The translations under genes and the position numbers were made by a program. Under the pieces are notes generated by a model. It made no database searches. It saw nothing but the letters and a program-made list of their open reading frames with translations, and was not told the origin of the DNA. Shown here piece by piece: positions 1 through 13,898 of a stretch of DNA of 64,000 nucleotides; within the stretch, counting starts at the first letter, position 1; the number at the start of each line of letters is the position of its first letter. The DNA is taken from the NCBI RefSeq assembly GCF_004010195.1, contig NC_057718.1, forward strand, positions 81,920,427 through 81,984,426. The letters run 5' to 3'. This DNA comes from Chiloscyllium plagiosum (taxonomy: Eukaryota).

Positions 1-669
1 TAGCTCCTTGAAAGTGGAGTCTCAGATAGACAGGGTGGTGACAGAGGCCTTTATTTGTCAGGATATTGAATATAAGAGTTAGGAGGTTATTTTGCAGATG
101 TACAGGACATTGGTCAGGCCACTTTGGAATACTGTGTTCAATTCTGGTCTACTGATATAGGAAGGATGTTGTGAAACTTGAAAGGGTTCAGAAAAGATTT
201 ACAAGGATGTTGCCAGAGTTGGAGTATCTGAGCTACAGGGAGAGGCTGAACAGGCTGGGGCTGTTTTCCCTGTAGTGTCGGAGACTGAGGGGTGACCTTA
301 TAGAGGTTTACAAAATTATGAGAGACATGGATAGAATAAATAGATAAAGTCTTTTCCCTGGGATAGGGTAGTCCAGAACTAGAAGACATAGGTTTAGGGT
401 GAGAGGGGAAAGATATAAAAGAGATCTAAGGGGCAACTTTTTCATACAGAGGGTGGTACGTGTATGGAATGAGCTGTCAGAGGAAGTGGTGGAGGCTGGT
501 ACAATTGCAACATTTAAGAAGCATTTGGATGGGTATATGAATAGGAAGGGTTTGGAGGGATATGAGCCGGGTGCTGGCAGGTGGGACTAGATTGGGTTGG
601 GATATCTGGTCAGCATGGAAGAGTTGGACCGAAGGGTCTGTTTCAATGCTGTCCATCTCTATGACTATA
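1..669 (+). mobile_element. CR1-group (HER1-like) LINE 3' fragment
   Basis: ORF2 C-terminal motifs ([17 protein letters not shown]; FFIQRVVRVWNELSEEVVEAGTI), the 3' UTR gttggaccgaagggtctgtttc and a ctctatgact tail. Confidence 0.9.
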
Positions 670-1707
670 TAGCAATGTATTTTACTTGTACAAATTATTT
701 CTGCTATGTATCAGATTGATATAAAGTACAAATACTGTATTTCAAATACAAATAAATATTTCAAATAATGCAAGAAGCAAGAAAATATCCAAAAGAACCT
801 AACTCTGGCTTTAACATTGATTATAACGCGAACTGTTCATGTTCCCACTGCATCGGTTAGAGCTGGATGTGTAAAAATTCAACGTAGCCTTTCTGTTTGG
901 TGCCAATGGTCACAGGTCATCCTGTAGCATTGCAGACAGATCAGTTACTGCCTCCATTGCTTTGTGTAACATTGTTATCTCACTGTCAGCCTATCGCTGT
1001 CATAATGTGTCCCAGAGATCTTGGTGATGATCTTCCAAAACAGCACCTGCTGCGTCATTGTAGTCCTATCGCTGGATCAGAGCTTGTGAGTTCAAGTGTC
1101 ACACCAGGACCAAATAGCCACAAACAGTGTGTCATAATGTGGCCAAACAGGTTGACTAACAATCCTTCTGATTATGTGTAAAATCAGGTGACTTTGATAG
1201 TTAGCCAGAATCATAGAAACTGCAGTGCAACATCATCCCCATGTTAAAAAAAATCCCATGATCAGGTTCTCAACACGAGTAACTGGCATCTCATTCTGAC
1301 AGACTACCAAACAAAAGCCCACCACACTTCTCACTCCATCAGTCTCTGCTACATTCTGCCTGAGATGGGAACTTCAAATGTACCCACTACACCTCCAGTG
1401 GAACAGCCACAGGGTAATCACAACTTGCACACAATGTGCTGTAGGTAAACCCACAAGGAAGGGATTGCCAGGATTTTGACCGAGCAACATTGAAGAAACA
1501 GTGATATATTTCCAATTTAGAAAGATGAGTGGCTAGGAAGGGAACTTGCAGGTGGTTGTGCTTCCATATATCTGTTGTCCTTATCCTTCTAGCTGGGTTT
1601 GGCAGCTGCTGTTTGAACAGATCTATTTTGTAGACAGTACACACTGCTGATTGGTGGGACTGAGTCTTTTTGGATGTGGTGTCAATCAAATGGGCTGCTT
1701 TGTCCTA

Positions 1708-2357
1708 TGCTACGAACCAGACCAAACCACTATCAAAATACATTAAGAAGATAGTCTGGACCCTAACCTTTTCCTTTTCATAATGTAAGTAAGGCATTGT
1801 GTTTTGGATGCAATTTGATTGGTCAAACTACCAGGCTTGAAACAAAACACACTTTGTTCTTACACTATAATTAAAATACAGACAAAATAAAAAGAAAATA
1901 AAAGAATTGGCTTAAGTCTAGCTATCAAAATACTTAACAAAATAATATATATTAAGTATTACTAATTAACTGTTCCAGTAGGGTAACTCCATAAACACAC
2001 CCTTAGCAAAGGCAACTTCAGTAAAATACGTTGTCTCACATGTAATTCTCGCAGCATGAAGAGAACCCCAGCTTTTAGCTGTAACAGAGAGAGAGGAATA
2101 AGAGCTTTCGCATCTAGCTTCAAGACCCCTGCAATGCTTCTGAAGGCTAAAACTAAAAAAAATTTGGTTCTGTGGGAGCATGACCACACCCATTCAGGTT
2201 GCTTTTATTGTTCCAAATTTTAAAAATAATCCTAAGGCTTCACAAGCCGTTTACTTTATTGGCTTTGGAGCAGACTGCTCAACATCTCTTTCTCAACCTT
2301 TCTTCATCAAAGAAAAACAGGACAAAATACACCTCTCAAATCCATTGTATAGTCACA
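1708..2357 (-). mobile_element. Solo LTR (about 650 bp, TG...CA)
   Basis: Interrupts the LINE; its reverse complement aligns along its length with 10777-11389; TSD not clearly preserved. Confidence 0.7.
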
Positions 2358-3142
2358 ATGGTGTCAAGTTCTTGAGTTTTGTTGGAGCTCCACTCATCCA
2401 GGGCAAGTAGGGAATATTGCATCACACTCCTGACTTGCGCCTTGTAGATGGTGGACAGGCTTTAGAATGTCAGAAGGTGAATTACTTGCTGAGGAATTCC
2501 TAACCTCTGACCTGCTCCTCTAGCCACAGTTTTTATATGGCTAGTCGAGTTCAGTTTTGGTCAATGATAATCCTGAGGACCCTCAGTGATGGTAATGCCA
2601 TTGAATGCACAGGGGTGATGGTGAGATTCTCTTTTGTTCGAAGTGGTTATTGCATGGCATTTATGTGACAAGAATGCAACTAGCAACTTGTGAGCCCAAA
2701 TCTGAACATTGTCCAGATCCTGTTGCATTTGAACAGTATCTAAGGATCACATATAGTGCTGAACATCATTCAAACATGAGTGAACATCCCCAATTCTTAC
2801 TTTATGATGAAGGGAAGACAAAGTTAAAAGTCACACAACACAAGGTTTTTTTGGAAGTACAAGCTTCTGCAGCACTGCTCTTTCATCATGTAGCTAGTGG
2901 GACAGGATCATAGGACACAGAATTTATCACAAAAGATCAAAGGGCCATATAACTGATGTGACGTATTGAACAAACCTAGATTGCTGCGTGAGGTTAGTGT
3001 TTGTCTGTATCCCAAACTTAAGTCAGACTGGTTCCACTTCCAGAATAGGAATTGATAAAATGCCACATGGACTGACTGCCTACAGATTGTGTGCTTTTTC
3101 AACAAAATAGAATGTATCTGCAAATGTAAGTTCACCCCACAG

Positions 3143-3385
3143 ATGTATATATGTGTGTGTGTGTGTGCGTGTTTGTGTGAGAGAGGAAGAAAATACATGT
3201 GTGTTTGTGTACATGCGAGTGTGATGCTTGTAGGAGGGTGTGTGCGTGAGTTTGAGTGTGGGTGTGTGTGTCTGAGAGAGGGCATATGTATGAGAGAGGG
3301 TCTGCGTGACTATCATCATGTATAAGCTTGTATGTATATATGTATGTGTGCTCGTGTGTGTATGAGGGAATGTGTAGTGTAGTGG
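3143..3385. repeat. Degenerate (GT/GA)n low-complexity tract inside the PLE
   Basis: tgtgtgtg, gagaga and tatg runs are directly visible. Confidence 0.85.
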
Positions 3386-4991
3386 GGTCACCTGTAGTAT
3401 TATATATGTGCCCTATACATTCTCATCCCACATACGTCTCGTGTAGGGGACCTCTATTGCCTTCTGAAGCTGCACAAAACCAACATATCTGAACATCCCA
3501 TCATATCAGGCAATGGTACCCTGTGTGCAAACCTCTCTGGCTTCGTCGAGGGCATCTTGAAACCCATTGTACAGGGGACCCCCAACTTCTGTCGTGATAC
3601 TACATATTTTTTACAGCAACTAAGCACCCATGAACCAGTCAAACCAGGAACATTCCTTGTCACAATGGATAAATCAGCACTCTACACCGGCATGCCCATG
3701 ACGATGGCATTGCTACAACAGCCTCAGTACTCAATACCAACAACTACCAATCTCCGAGCACCATCCGACAACTCATCCGCTTCATCCTCAACCACGTGCT
3801 CACCTTTGACAACCAGTTCTTCATCCAGAGACACAGAATAGCCATGGGGATCAAATTTTCACCCCAACATGCCAATATTTTCATGCACAAGTTCAAACAA
3901 AACTTCTTTGCTGCACAGGACCTCCAACCAACACTACATGCCAGATATATTTACATTTCTTCCTCTAGACCCATGACAAGGAGTCACTGAAACAATTACA
4001 TAGTGATATCAACAAGTTTCATCCCACCATCATACTTGCCATGGACTACTCTTTAGAATCTGTCTCATTCCTGGACACACGCATCTCCATCAAGGACGGA
4101 CACCTCAGCACCTCACTCTACTGCAAACCCACAGACACCTCACAATACTGCACTTCACTGGCTTCCACCCTAAACATACAAAAACAGCCATCCCTTACGG
4201 ACAAACCCTACGCATACACAGGATCTGTTCAGGTGAGGGGGAAATACAATGGACACCTCAAGGTGCTGAAGGATGCCCTCGTAAGAACAGGAAACAATGC
4301 TCAACTTCTCGATTGCCAGTTCCAACCTGCCTCAGTGAGAAACTGTAATGATCTCCTCAGGAGACAGACACGGAATACAACTGATAGGGTACCCTTCATT
4401 GTCTAGTGTTTCCCAAGATGAGAGAAACTATGCCATGTTCTTTGCAGCCTGCAACACATTATCGATGAGGATGAGCATCTCGCCAAGACCTTCCCTACCC
4501 CTCCACTTCTCACCTTTAAACAACCACCAAACCCTAGACAGACCATTGTTTGCAGCAAACTGCCCAGCCTTCAGGAAAACATCAACCACAACACAGTACA
4601 ACCCTGTCATGGCAACCACTGCAAGATGTGTCAGTGTCGACATGGATACCACCATCAGACGTGGGGACACCACCCACCATGTATGTGACACTGGATGAAT
4701 GGACACCGCTCAACAATCGACAGACAGGGATGTTCCCTCGGGGTCAGGAACACTTCAGTGGTTCAGGCCTTGGTTCTTCAGGTGACTGTCCTCTAAGACG
4801 GACTTCGGGATGTGCAACACAGCAGAGTCACTGAGCAGTGGCTGATAGCTAAGTTCGTTTGGGATGTTGGGATACAAACTCTAACCTCACACATTTAACG
4901 CACTGTCTGAGCTGAGTTATCCCCCTTTTTAAAAAAGAAACCTTAAGCTATCTCAGGAATCTCTCTTGAAAGTAGTGCTGAGATTTACATA

Positions 4992-5637
4992 TGTCACAAA
5001 GCTAGTCCCTTTCTTTACTAAAAGCTGTTCCTTGGTTCAAGGAGACTCTGCCCTTGATTTTTCTCAGAGGGGTAATAAACCGGGCTGGGCTCCAATCAGT
5101 TTAGTTTAGTACAGAGATGAAAAGGATTTTGAGAGGCCTTTTGTTTATATGTAAACAATGAGACTTCAGGCCAAAGTGGTCATGTTTTAGAAGTGACCTG
5201 TATAAAAAAAGGGGGTGGTCTGCTCTCTAGATAGCTGAGCTGAGCAATTTTTAGTTCAGTCTTGAACTGGTTGGACACTCAACAGGGAGCTGTGTGGAAA
5301 CTCTCTCTTTCTGCCCTTTAACTTCAACCTGTAAGAATGTGTTCCATTTATACTGGTTTTGAAGGGAGCTTGCTTATTGGGACTGTTATGTATATTCGGA
5401 ACAGCATAATTAAGTCTAGTTGGATAGGTTGAGTTCTTTAGGGGTGCTTTATTCAGTTTTTTGTGTTTCATTGTGTAATTTTGTGAACAAATTTTTGTCT
5501 GTTTTAAAATCTAGTAGTCAACCTAGCTAATTTAATCCAGGTAATTTTCACTGTACACTTACCGAAACAAGTTGCAAAGTTATGGTCTGAGCTGCCTGCT
5601 TCAGAATATTTTGAGAGCTCTGGCTTAGTCCATAACA
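4992..5637 (+). mobile_element. Solo LTR, 646 bp, with a 4-bp TSD (CATA)
   Basis: cata|TGTCACAA...CCATAACA|cata, inserted in the PLE 3' pseudo-LTR; its 3' terminus resembles that of the other LTRs in the window. Confidence 0.85.
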
Positions 5638-8499
5638 CATAGTAATGAATCGAAACCTGCAACCCCATTCTAAGTGGTTAAAGACTTAACAGCAATCTTG
5701 GTTTGTTCAGTATATCGCATAGGTTGTATGGCACTTTAATCTTTTACTGTAAATTCTCTCTTCTTTGATCCTGCCCCACTAGCTACCTGACAAAGGAGCA
5801 GTGCTCCGAAAGCTTGTACTTCCAAATAAACCAGTTGGACTATAACCTGGTGTTATATGATTTTTAATTTTGTCCACACCAGCCCAACACCGGCACCGCT
5901 ACGTGATGAAGGAAAGGTCATTGATGAAACGAATGAAGATGAGCTGAAGATATAGTCCTGAGGAACTCCTACAGAGATGTCCTGAAGGTGGGCCGGCTGA
6001 CTCCAACAACCACAACCATCTTCCTGTGTGTCATATATGAGCAGAGAGTTTTCTCCAATTCTAGGTGACTTCAATTTTGCTGAGACTCATTAATGATGCA
6101 CAATTAAATTGATGGCAAGAGCTGTCACTTCTACATCACCTTTCCAATTGTCCATGTTTTAACTAAAGTTCTAATGAGGTCAGGAGCTAAGTGGCCTTGG
6201 CAGAACCCAAGCTGGGTGTCCCTGAACAGGTTATTGTTGTACAGAAGCTGCTTGATGGCACAATTGATGACATGTTAACTGAGTGTAAGACTGAAGGGCG
6301 GATTGGATTGTCCTGCTTTTTGTGTAATGGACATACCTGGACAATTTCCAGGTTGTTGGGTAGATGCCAATGTTGTAACTAACGAACAGCTTGGTTATGG
6401 GTATGGCAAGTTCTGGAACACATTTCTTCAGTACTATTGTTGGAATGTTGTCACGGCCCACAGTCTTTGTAGTATCCGGTGTCTCTACTGTTTCCTTACA
6501 TTAAAAGGAGTGAATTAAACTGAACAATAGCATCTGTGATAAAGTCATAAAGCACAGAAACAGACCCTTCGGTCCAACTTGACCATGTCGACCAGATATC
6601 CTATATTAATCTAGTCCCATTTGCCAGCATTTCGCGTATATCCCTCTAAACATTTCTTATTCATGTACCGTCCACATGCCTTTTAAATGTTGTACCTGTA
6701 CCAACCTCCACCACCTCCTCACGTAGTTCATTCTATCTATGCAATATCCTCTGTATGAAAAATTTGTCCTTTAGGTTTATTATATATATTTCCTGTCTCA
6801 CCTTAAACCAATGGTCTCTAGTTTTAGACTCCCCAACCCTGGGAAAAAGAACTTTGCTATTCACCCTATCCATGCCCATCGTGATTTTACAAATCTCTGT
6901 AAGATCACTATGAGATCATCCCTCCGCGTCTGATGCTCCAGGTAAAATCGCCGCACTCTATACAGCCTCTTCCGATAGCTCAAAGACATCAACCCCAGCA
7001 ACATCTTTGTAAATCTTTTCTGTGCCCTTTTAAGTTTAACAATATCTTTCATATGGCAGGGAGACCAGGATTCAACACAGTAACCAATAACCAACGAATA
7101 ACCAATGTCCTGTACAGCCACAATATGACCTCCCAATTCCTATACTCATTGCAATGACCAGTAAAGGCAAGCATACCAAATGCCTTCTTCACTACCCTGT
7201 CCACCTGCGACTCCACTTCCAAGGAATTATGAACCTGCACCCTTTGTTAGGCAACACACCTCTGGACCCTCCCATTAAGTGTGTACGTCCTGACCTGATT
7301 TACCTTTTCAAAATGAAACATTTCATATTTATCTAAATTAAACTCAATCTGCCACTTCTTGGCCCATCTGATCAAGGTACCATTGTACTCTGAGATAACT
7401 TTCTTCACTGTCCAGTACACCACCAACTTTGGTGTCATCTACAAACTTACTAACCATACCTCTTTTATTCACATCCAAATCATTTATATAAATGACCTTC
7501 TAGTACACTGTTGGTCACAGACCTCCAGTCCAAAAAAACAACCCCTCACCACCACTCTCTGTCACCTATGTTCAAGTCAATTTTGTATCCAAATAGCTAG
7601 CTCTCCTTGGATTACGTGATCTAACCTTGCTAAACAGAACCTTGTCGAACTCCTTGCTGAAATCTGTTTCGACAACTTCCACTGCCCTGCCCTCATCAAT
7701 CCTCTTTGTCACGTCTTCAAAAAAACTCAATCAAGTTAGTGAGACACAATTTACCACACACAAAGCCATATTGACTATCCCTAATCAATCCTTACCTTTC
7801 CAAATACATGTAAATCCTGTTCCTCCAGCAATTTATCCACTACTGATGTCAAGCTCACCGGCCTATAGTTCCCTGGCTTTTCCTTACCACCTTTCTTAAA
7901 TAATGGCACCACATTAGCCACTCTCCGGTCTTCCAGCACCTCCCTCATGTTATCAATGATACGAATATCTTAGCAAGGAGCCCAACAATCAGTTCACTAG
8001 CTTCTCTCAAAGTTCTGGGAAACACATGATCAGATCCCAGGGATTTACTCACCTTCATGCATTTTGAGACATCCAGCACCTCCTCCTCTGTATTATGGAC
8101 ACTTTTCAATATAGTTATCTAGCTTCCATATACTTCTCCACAGTAAATACTGATGTAAAATACTCTTTTAATATTTCACCTGCAGTTCCACACATAGATG
8201 GCCTTGTTAACCTTTAAGAGGCCCTATTCTCTCCCTCCTACTCTTTTGCCTTTAATGTATTTGTAGAATCTCTTTGTATTCTCCGTAACCCCATTTGCCA
8301 AAGTTACATCATGTCCCCTTTTTGCCCTCCTGATTTCCCCCTTGAGTATACTCCTACTGCCCTTATACTCCTCAAGGGATTCATTCGATCCCTGCTGTCT
8401 ATACGTGACATATGCCTCCTTCTTTTTCATGACCAGAGCCTCAATTTCTCTAGTCATCCAACATCACTACACCTACCAACTTTGCCCTTCAAACTAATA

Positions 8500-8835
8500 T
8501 AGAATCTCTATAATGTGGAAACAGGCCATTTGGCCCAACAAGTCCACACCGACCCTACAAAGAGCATCTCACCTAGGCCCATTCCCCTACATTTCCCCTG
8601 ACTAAGGCACCTAACCTACGTATCCCTGAACACTATTGGCAACTTAGCATAGCCAATTCACCTGACCTGCACATCTTTGGACTGTGGGAGGAAACCAGAG
8701 CACCGAGAGGAAACCCACACAGACAGAGGGAGAATGTGCAAATTCCACACAGAAGTTACCTGAGGCTGGATTCGAACCCAGGTTTCTAGTGCTGTGAGGT
8801 AGCAATACTAACCACTGAGCCACCTCGCCACCACA
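8500..8835 (-). mobile_element. HE1-like tRNA-derived SINE
   Basis: Reverse complement has A box tggctcagtgg, B box ggttcgaatcc, the central cctcccacagtccaaagatgtgcagg and a LINE-like tail. Confidence 0.85.
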
Positions 8836-9288
8836 AACTAGAAAAGATATAGCCTGATAAGAACATACAGCCTCTTGACTCCCATTATCTCATTTTTTAA
8901 AGTATCCAATTTTCCAACCACCCCTTTACCTGCAAAGAACCTCTCCAATCAGAGCATCTATTTCTCTAGTCATTCAACATTCATACACCTACCAGCCTTG
9001 ACCTTCACTCTAAAAGGAACATACTCTCCCTGGACTCTCGTTATCTCATTTTTGAAAGCTTCCTATTTTCCTGTCACCTTTTTACCTACAAACATCCACT
9101 CCCAATCAACTTTTGAAAGTTCTTGCCTAATACTGTCAAAATTGGCCTTACTCCAATTTAAAACTTTAACTTTTATATCAGGCCTATCCTTTTCCATAAC
9201 AGTTTTAAAATGAGTAGCGTTATGATCACTGGCCCTAAACTACTCCCCCACTGACATCTCAGTTACTTGCCCTGCCTTATTTCCCAAG

Positions 9289-9491
9289 GTTAAAAATCAC
9301 ACAACACCAGGTTATAGTCCTACAAGTTTATTTGGAAGCACTAGCTTTCTGAGCACTGCTTCTTCATCAGATAGTGTGGAGCAGGATCATAAGACACATC
9401 TTTAGCAAATAAACCTGTTGGATTATAACCTGGTGTTGAGTGATTTTTAACTTTGTCCACCCCAGTCCAACATCAGCTCCTCCACATCATC
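9289..9491. mobile_element. Fold-back PLE pseudo-LTR fragment (family B) with a 10-bp TSD
   Basis: gttaaaaatcacacaacaccaggttat is inverted as ataacctggtgttgagtgatttttaac; TSD atttcccaag at 9279-9288 and 9492-9501. Confidence 0.8.
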
Positions 9492-10776
9492 ATTTCCCAA
9501 GAGAAGGTCAGGTTTTGCTCCTTCTCTAGTAGGTTCATCTACATCCTGAATAAAACATTTTTCTTTTACACACTTAACAAATTCCTCTCAACTCAAGCCC
9601 TTTTTTTTCCAAGTGATGTTCAACATAGAGGAGTACTGATTCGTCAGCCGAGGGGACGCTGTACATATTAATCAGTAGGAGGTTTCCTTGTCCATGTTTT
9701 ACCTGGTGTCATACGAATTCATGGTTGTCCAGAATTAATATTGAAGACTCCTACAGCAACACCCTCCGCACTGAACACTGCTGTGCCACCGCCTTTCTTG
9801 CATCTGTTCTGACAATGATATGACATATCTAAGCATGGAGATGGTGGTGTCTGGGACACAGAGGTATGATTCTGTAAGTGTGACTGCTGCTTGACTCGTC
9901 TGTGAGCACCTCTCCCAGTTTTTGGCAGTAGCCTCCTGATGTTGGTAAGGACAAGAGGGTTGTTTCCATCATTGTCATTTCCAGTGCCTACGTTGAAGCC
10001 AGGTTGTCTATCCGGTTTCATTCCTTTCTTTAGATTTTCTTGCATTAATATAACGGAATCATTTCAGTGGGCAGTTAGAAGTCAAGCATGTTGCTATTGC
10101 TCTAGAGTCATACATAGGACAGACCAGGTGAGGATGGCAGTTTTCTTTCCTAAAGGACACTAGTGAACTGGGTGGGGTTCATTGTCAATGGTTTATGGTC
10201 ATCATTAGACTTCCAGTGCTTTATTTTTATTGAATTCAAATTGTCAATTGACAATACCACTAGGCCATTGTTTATCCACCACCACTTGTGTGAAAAAGGT
10301 GTCATTCAGGATTGCACAAGATCATTCAGTGTTATCAGGAATAAAACATCATACATATCTGATGTTACTATATTTCAGGATCATTGCAACTCCAGGGTAC
10401 AAGGTAATGCAATCTATCATACTTGATTTTTAATGCTGCATTTTAATTTGTGGAAATGGTATGTATGCACCTAAGATCACATTGTAGAAGTTTCAAACTT
10501 TTTAATAATGGTGATTGTAGCAAGATTCATTTTGGATTACTTGGACAAAAATAACGTGCTGGGGTATGGGCAGAAAGCAGGCAATTTCTACTAGCTAGTA
10601 ACAGTACTTATTTAACAAGCTGTTGCAGACATAATGGGCCAAGAGTCTTTCTGCACCATAATACTGCCAGAAATTATGATAGTGAAAGAATAGTAATACA
10701 TTCAGGTGTTGTGAGACTTGGTCATGTACAGTATTCACAAGTGATGGCATTCTTATGCATCTTGTCCATTCAGGTG

Positions 10777-11389
10777 TGTGATGATACTGTTGCATTAAGT
10801 GGGATATTTTGCCCTGTTTTTGTGAAGAGAAGTTTTAAGACAAAGGCACTGAGCTGTATATTGAAAGCCCATTAAGTGGTCCTGTGAGGCCTTGATGTTT
10901 TTAAAGTAGGAACAATAGAAGCAGCCTGAATGGGTGGTGCAAACTCCCACAAAACCAGGATGTTTAGTTTTAGTAGCAGCTGCTAGGGTCTTGAAGCTGG
11001 ATGTGGAAGCTGTTTTTCCTCTTTTGGTCGCTGTTAAAAACTGGGGGTTGTCTTCCTGCTGCAGGAATTGCATGTGAGATAGTCTGTTTTTCTGAATTTG
11101 ACTTTGTCAAGGCTGTGTTTTTGGAATGTTACTACATTGGAACAAGTACATTTTAGTAGTTAAATAATCTATTATTCTGTTAAATTTTCCAAGAGTTAAG
11201 TTATTCTAATTTCTTCTTCCTTTTGATGTTTTTTAAACTATAGTGTATGAATAAAGTGTGCTTTGTTTCAAGTCTGGTAGTTTGACCAGTCAAATTGCAT
11301 CTGGAAAGCAACACCTTACACTTACCTTTAAATAGGGTCTATACTATCCTCTGAATATATTTTGAGGGATTTGGTCTGGTCCATAACCA
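10777..11389 (+). mobile_element. Solo LTR (same family as 1708-2357)
   Basis: Starts TGTGATG, ends ggtctggtccataacca, AATAAA near 11250. Confidence 0.72.
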
Positions 11390-12780
11390 GTGGCAGTGGT
11401 CCCAGACTTGAAACTTGCTAATGAAAGGCCCTTAGTGAGCTGAGGTAATACATCTTGTAGATGGTACAAATTACTCATCAATGGTGAACAGTGTAAATTA
11501 TTGTGTATGGCATGTTAATCAACTGGCATGCTTTGTCCTGAGTGGTGTTAAGCTTCTTGAGTATGAATGGAGCTGCACTCATCGAGATGAATGAAGAGAA
11601 ATCCATCACACTTCTGATTTCTGGCTTGAAAGTGGTAGGCAGGCTACAGGGAGTGAGAGGTGATTTAATCACCACAGAAATCCCAACCTCTAACCCACTC
11701 TTGTCACCACAATATTTATATGTTTGATGCAATCCAATTCTGGTAAACTGTAATTCCCAAGATCTGGATTAGAGTGGTGCTGGAAAAGCACAGCCAGTCA
11801 GGCAAGATTTTCCTGCTCCTTGGATGCTGCCTGACCTGCTGTGCTTTTCCAGCACCACTCTAATTAGACTCTGGTTTCCAGCATCTGCAGTCCCTGTTTT
11901 TACTTCGGTAATTGCCAAGATGTTGATATTCAATAATGGGAATGCCATTTAATGTCAAATGGTGATGATTAGATTCTCTCTGTTGGGGGTGGTCATTGCC
12001 TGGCACTAACATGGCACAAATACTACTTGCACTTATAAGACCAAGCCTGAATATCATCCAGCTCTTGCTATATATGGACACAGACTGTTTCAGTAGCTGA
12101 TGAGTCATGAATGTTGTCAAACATTCTACAATCAGCAATGAGCAATCCATTTCTGACTTTATGATGGAGGGATGGTCATTGATGAAGCAGGTGCAAAAAA
12201 TATTTGGACCTGGAATGTTGAATGCCTGCAGAAATGTCCTGGAACTGAATTAATTGACTTCAAAAAACACAATATTCTTCTTTTGTGCTCGGTATGACGC
12301 CAACCAATTTACACTTTTCCCAAATTCCATCGACTCCAGTTTTATTAGGGGTTCTTGATGCCGCACATGGTCAAATGCCACCTTGATGTCAAGGGCAGCC
12401 ATTCTCATCTCACCTCACAAATTCAACTCGATAATCCATGTTTGAACCAAGGCAATAACAAGCTCAGTCGTTGAATGGCCTAGGCAAAACCTAAATTGAG
12501 CTGTAGCAAGCAGCTAATTTCTATGTAAGTGCCACTTGATGGCATCAGCAATGACACTTTTTAATCACTTTTATGATAATCGAGAGTAGATTGGTGAGAT
12601 GGTAAGTGGTTGGATTGGATTTGTCCTGATTTTTGCTCACAAGACATACCTGAACAATTTTGCACATGAACAGGTATATGCCACCATTACAGCTGTTCTG
12701 GAATAATTCTGCTGCTGCTGATGGCTCAAGTGATCCCATGGATACCCAGATTTAATTTAATAGATTTGTTCAAAATCTAC
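11390..12780 (-). mobile_element. Old CR1/L2-group LINE fragment (second family)
   Basis: RT remnants (KNQDKSNPTTY..LLSIIIKV; FKPEIRSVMDFS); homologous to 1385-6540. Confidence 0.7.
11764..11907. mobile_element. Fold-back PLE mini-insertion (family A)
   Basis: Inverted arms attagagtggtgctggaaaagcacagc / gctgtgcttttccagcaccactctaat; TSD gtaatt(c/g)ccaagat at 11750-11763 and 11908-11921. Confidence 0.82.
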
Positions 12781-13804
12781 CCCATTTAGCACGGTGATGG
12801 TGCCATACAAAATGATAACAGCACAAGTTTCCTTAATATGAAGTCATATGTAGGTCAGACCAGGTAAGGACAGCAGATTTCCGTTCCTAAAAGACATAAG
12901 TGAACCAACCTCTTTTTTTGACAATGATAATAGTTAACATTACTGAGTAATCATTACTGAAACTGCATTTTTAAAAATTTCAGATTTTATTAGATGAACT
13001 TAAAATGTTCGAACTATCCATGGTGAAATTTGAACCTTTGCCCTCATAAGTCTTATCCGAGCCTCTTGATTACTGGTCTAGTGACATTTCCTCTGGTTCA
13101 CTTCCTCTCCCAAGGATATAACGATCAAGGAATGCATCTTTGTAATTTCCATTCTTACTTGCCTCAGCACCCTCAGAAGCACCCCTCCCACTCTTGTGAA
13201 ATTATCAGCTCTACGCTAAGTAAGCCTTTCTAATACCTCCTCTGCATTATTTATAACTCAACCACTTTCTCAATTACCTCTTCTTTCAATAGGACTTTGC
13301 TGCATCTTTAGTTGTAAAAGATGCTGCAGAAATACACATTTTCTTCCTAGTATCTTACACATTCCTGGCTTCCATCATTAGTTGTTCACTCCGGTATCCA
13401 AGCTCGAAGTTCTGGAATTCCCAAGTTAAACCACTCCAATATCATGTCCTTTAACACACGCCTCTACCTTTTTGACCAAACTTTTGATTAATTGTCTTAA
13501 TATGTCATGATGCAAACTGATATCAAATTTTGTTTTAAAATGGTTCTGTGAAATGCTTCAGCGTAGTCGGCTACATAAAGAAATGCTACATAAATGTTGG
13601 TAGTGCTTATTATTGGGAAAAGTTCTCAGAACTATACATTTGATAGAAGATCTCATTTTGAAGTCAGGTGATGAACAGTACATTCTCCCTCAAATTTTTA
13701 AAAAATTTCTGCCAAAATGATTTTGCTCTAAATTTAGGACTCTCACTGTACAAACATTTCAATGAACAGATGTTTGTGAGAATTCCTATATTAGGAAGCT
13801 CACT

Positions 13805-13898
13805 TTAATTAGCAAGCTGACAGACCCATTCCTCAGAGATATTGGCTTTTCTAATTTCAGCAGGATCCACAATGTCTTTGAGCATATACCAGAAGTTC
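13805..13898 (-). CDS. C6orf118: Probable C6orf118 terminal coding exon (NFWYMLKDIVDPAEIRKANISEEWVCQLAN*)
   Basis: cctgtctttccag|G acceptor, phase 2 matching the previous exon; TAA at 13805-13807. Confidence 0.65.

Larger units (their letters stand above)
2818..5903 (+). mobile_element. Degenerate Penelope-like element (inverted 5' pseudo-LTR, RT/GIY-YIG remnants, 3' pseudo-LTR)
   Basis: RT remnants (FLVTMDKSALYT; TFDNQFFIQ..IAMGIKFSPQHANIFM; SFLDTRISIKDGHLSTSLYCKPTD), a Cys/His linker near 4600 and EHFSGSG. 2818-3080 is an inverted copy of the 3' end. TSD tgatgaagg(g/a)aag at 2805-2817 and 5904-5916. Confidence 0.88.
1385..6540 (-). mobile_element. Old CR1/L2-group LINE (second family), split by a solo LTR (1708-2357) and a PLE (2818-5903)
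   Basis: RT remnants (GVPQ in ORF 5853..6074; IPTIVLKKCVPELAIP in ORF 6231..6461). Homologous to 11390-12780 and 35205-36110, and the host sequence rejoins across both insertions. Confidence 0.75.
6546..9605 (-). mobile_element. CR1-group LINE ORF2 remnant, interrupted by a SINE and a PLE fold-back
   Basis: 3' UTR at 6546-6640; RT and tether motifs (KWQIEFNLDK; EIRRAKRGHD..FYKYIKGKR). Confidence 0.85.

Noticed and set aside
2908..3391. His/Thr- or Cys/Val-rich ORFs
   Set aside because: Artefacts of the GT/CA low-complexity tract.
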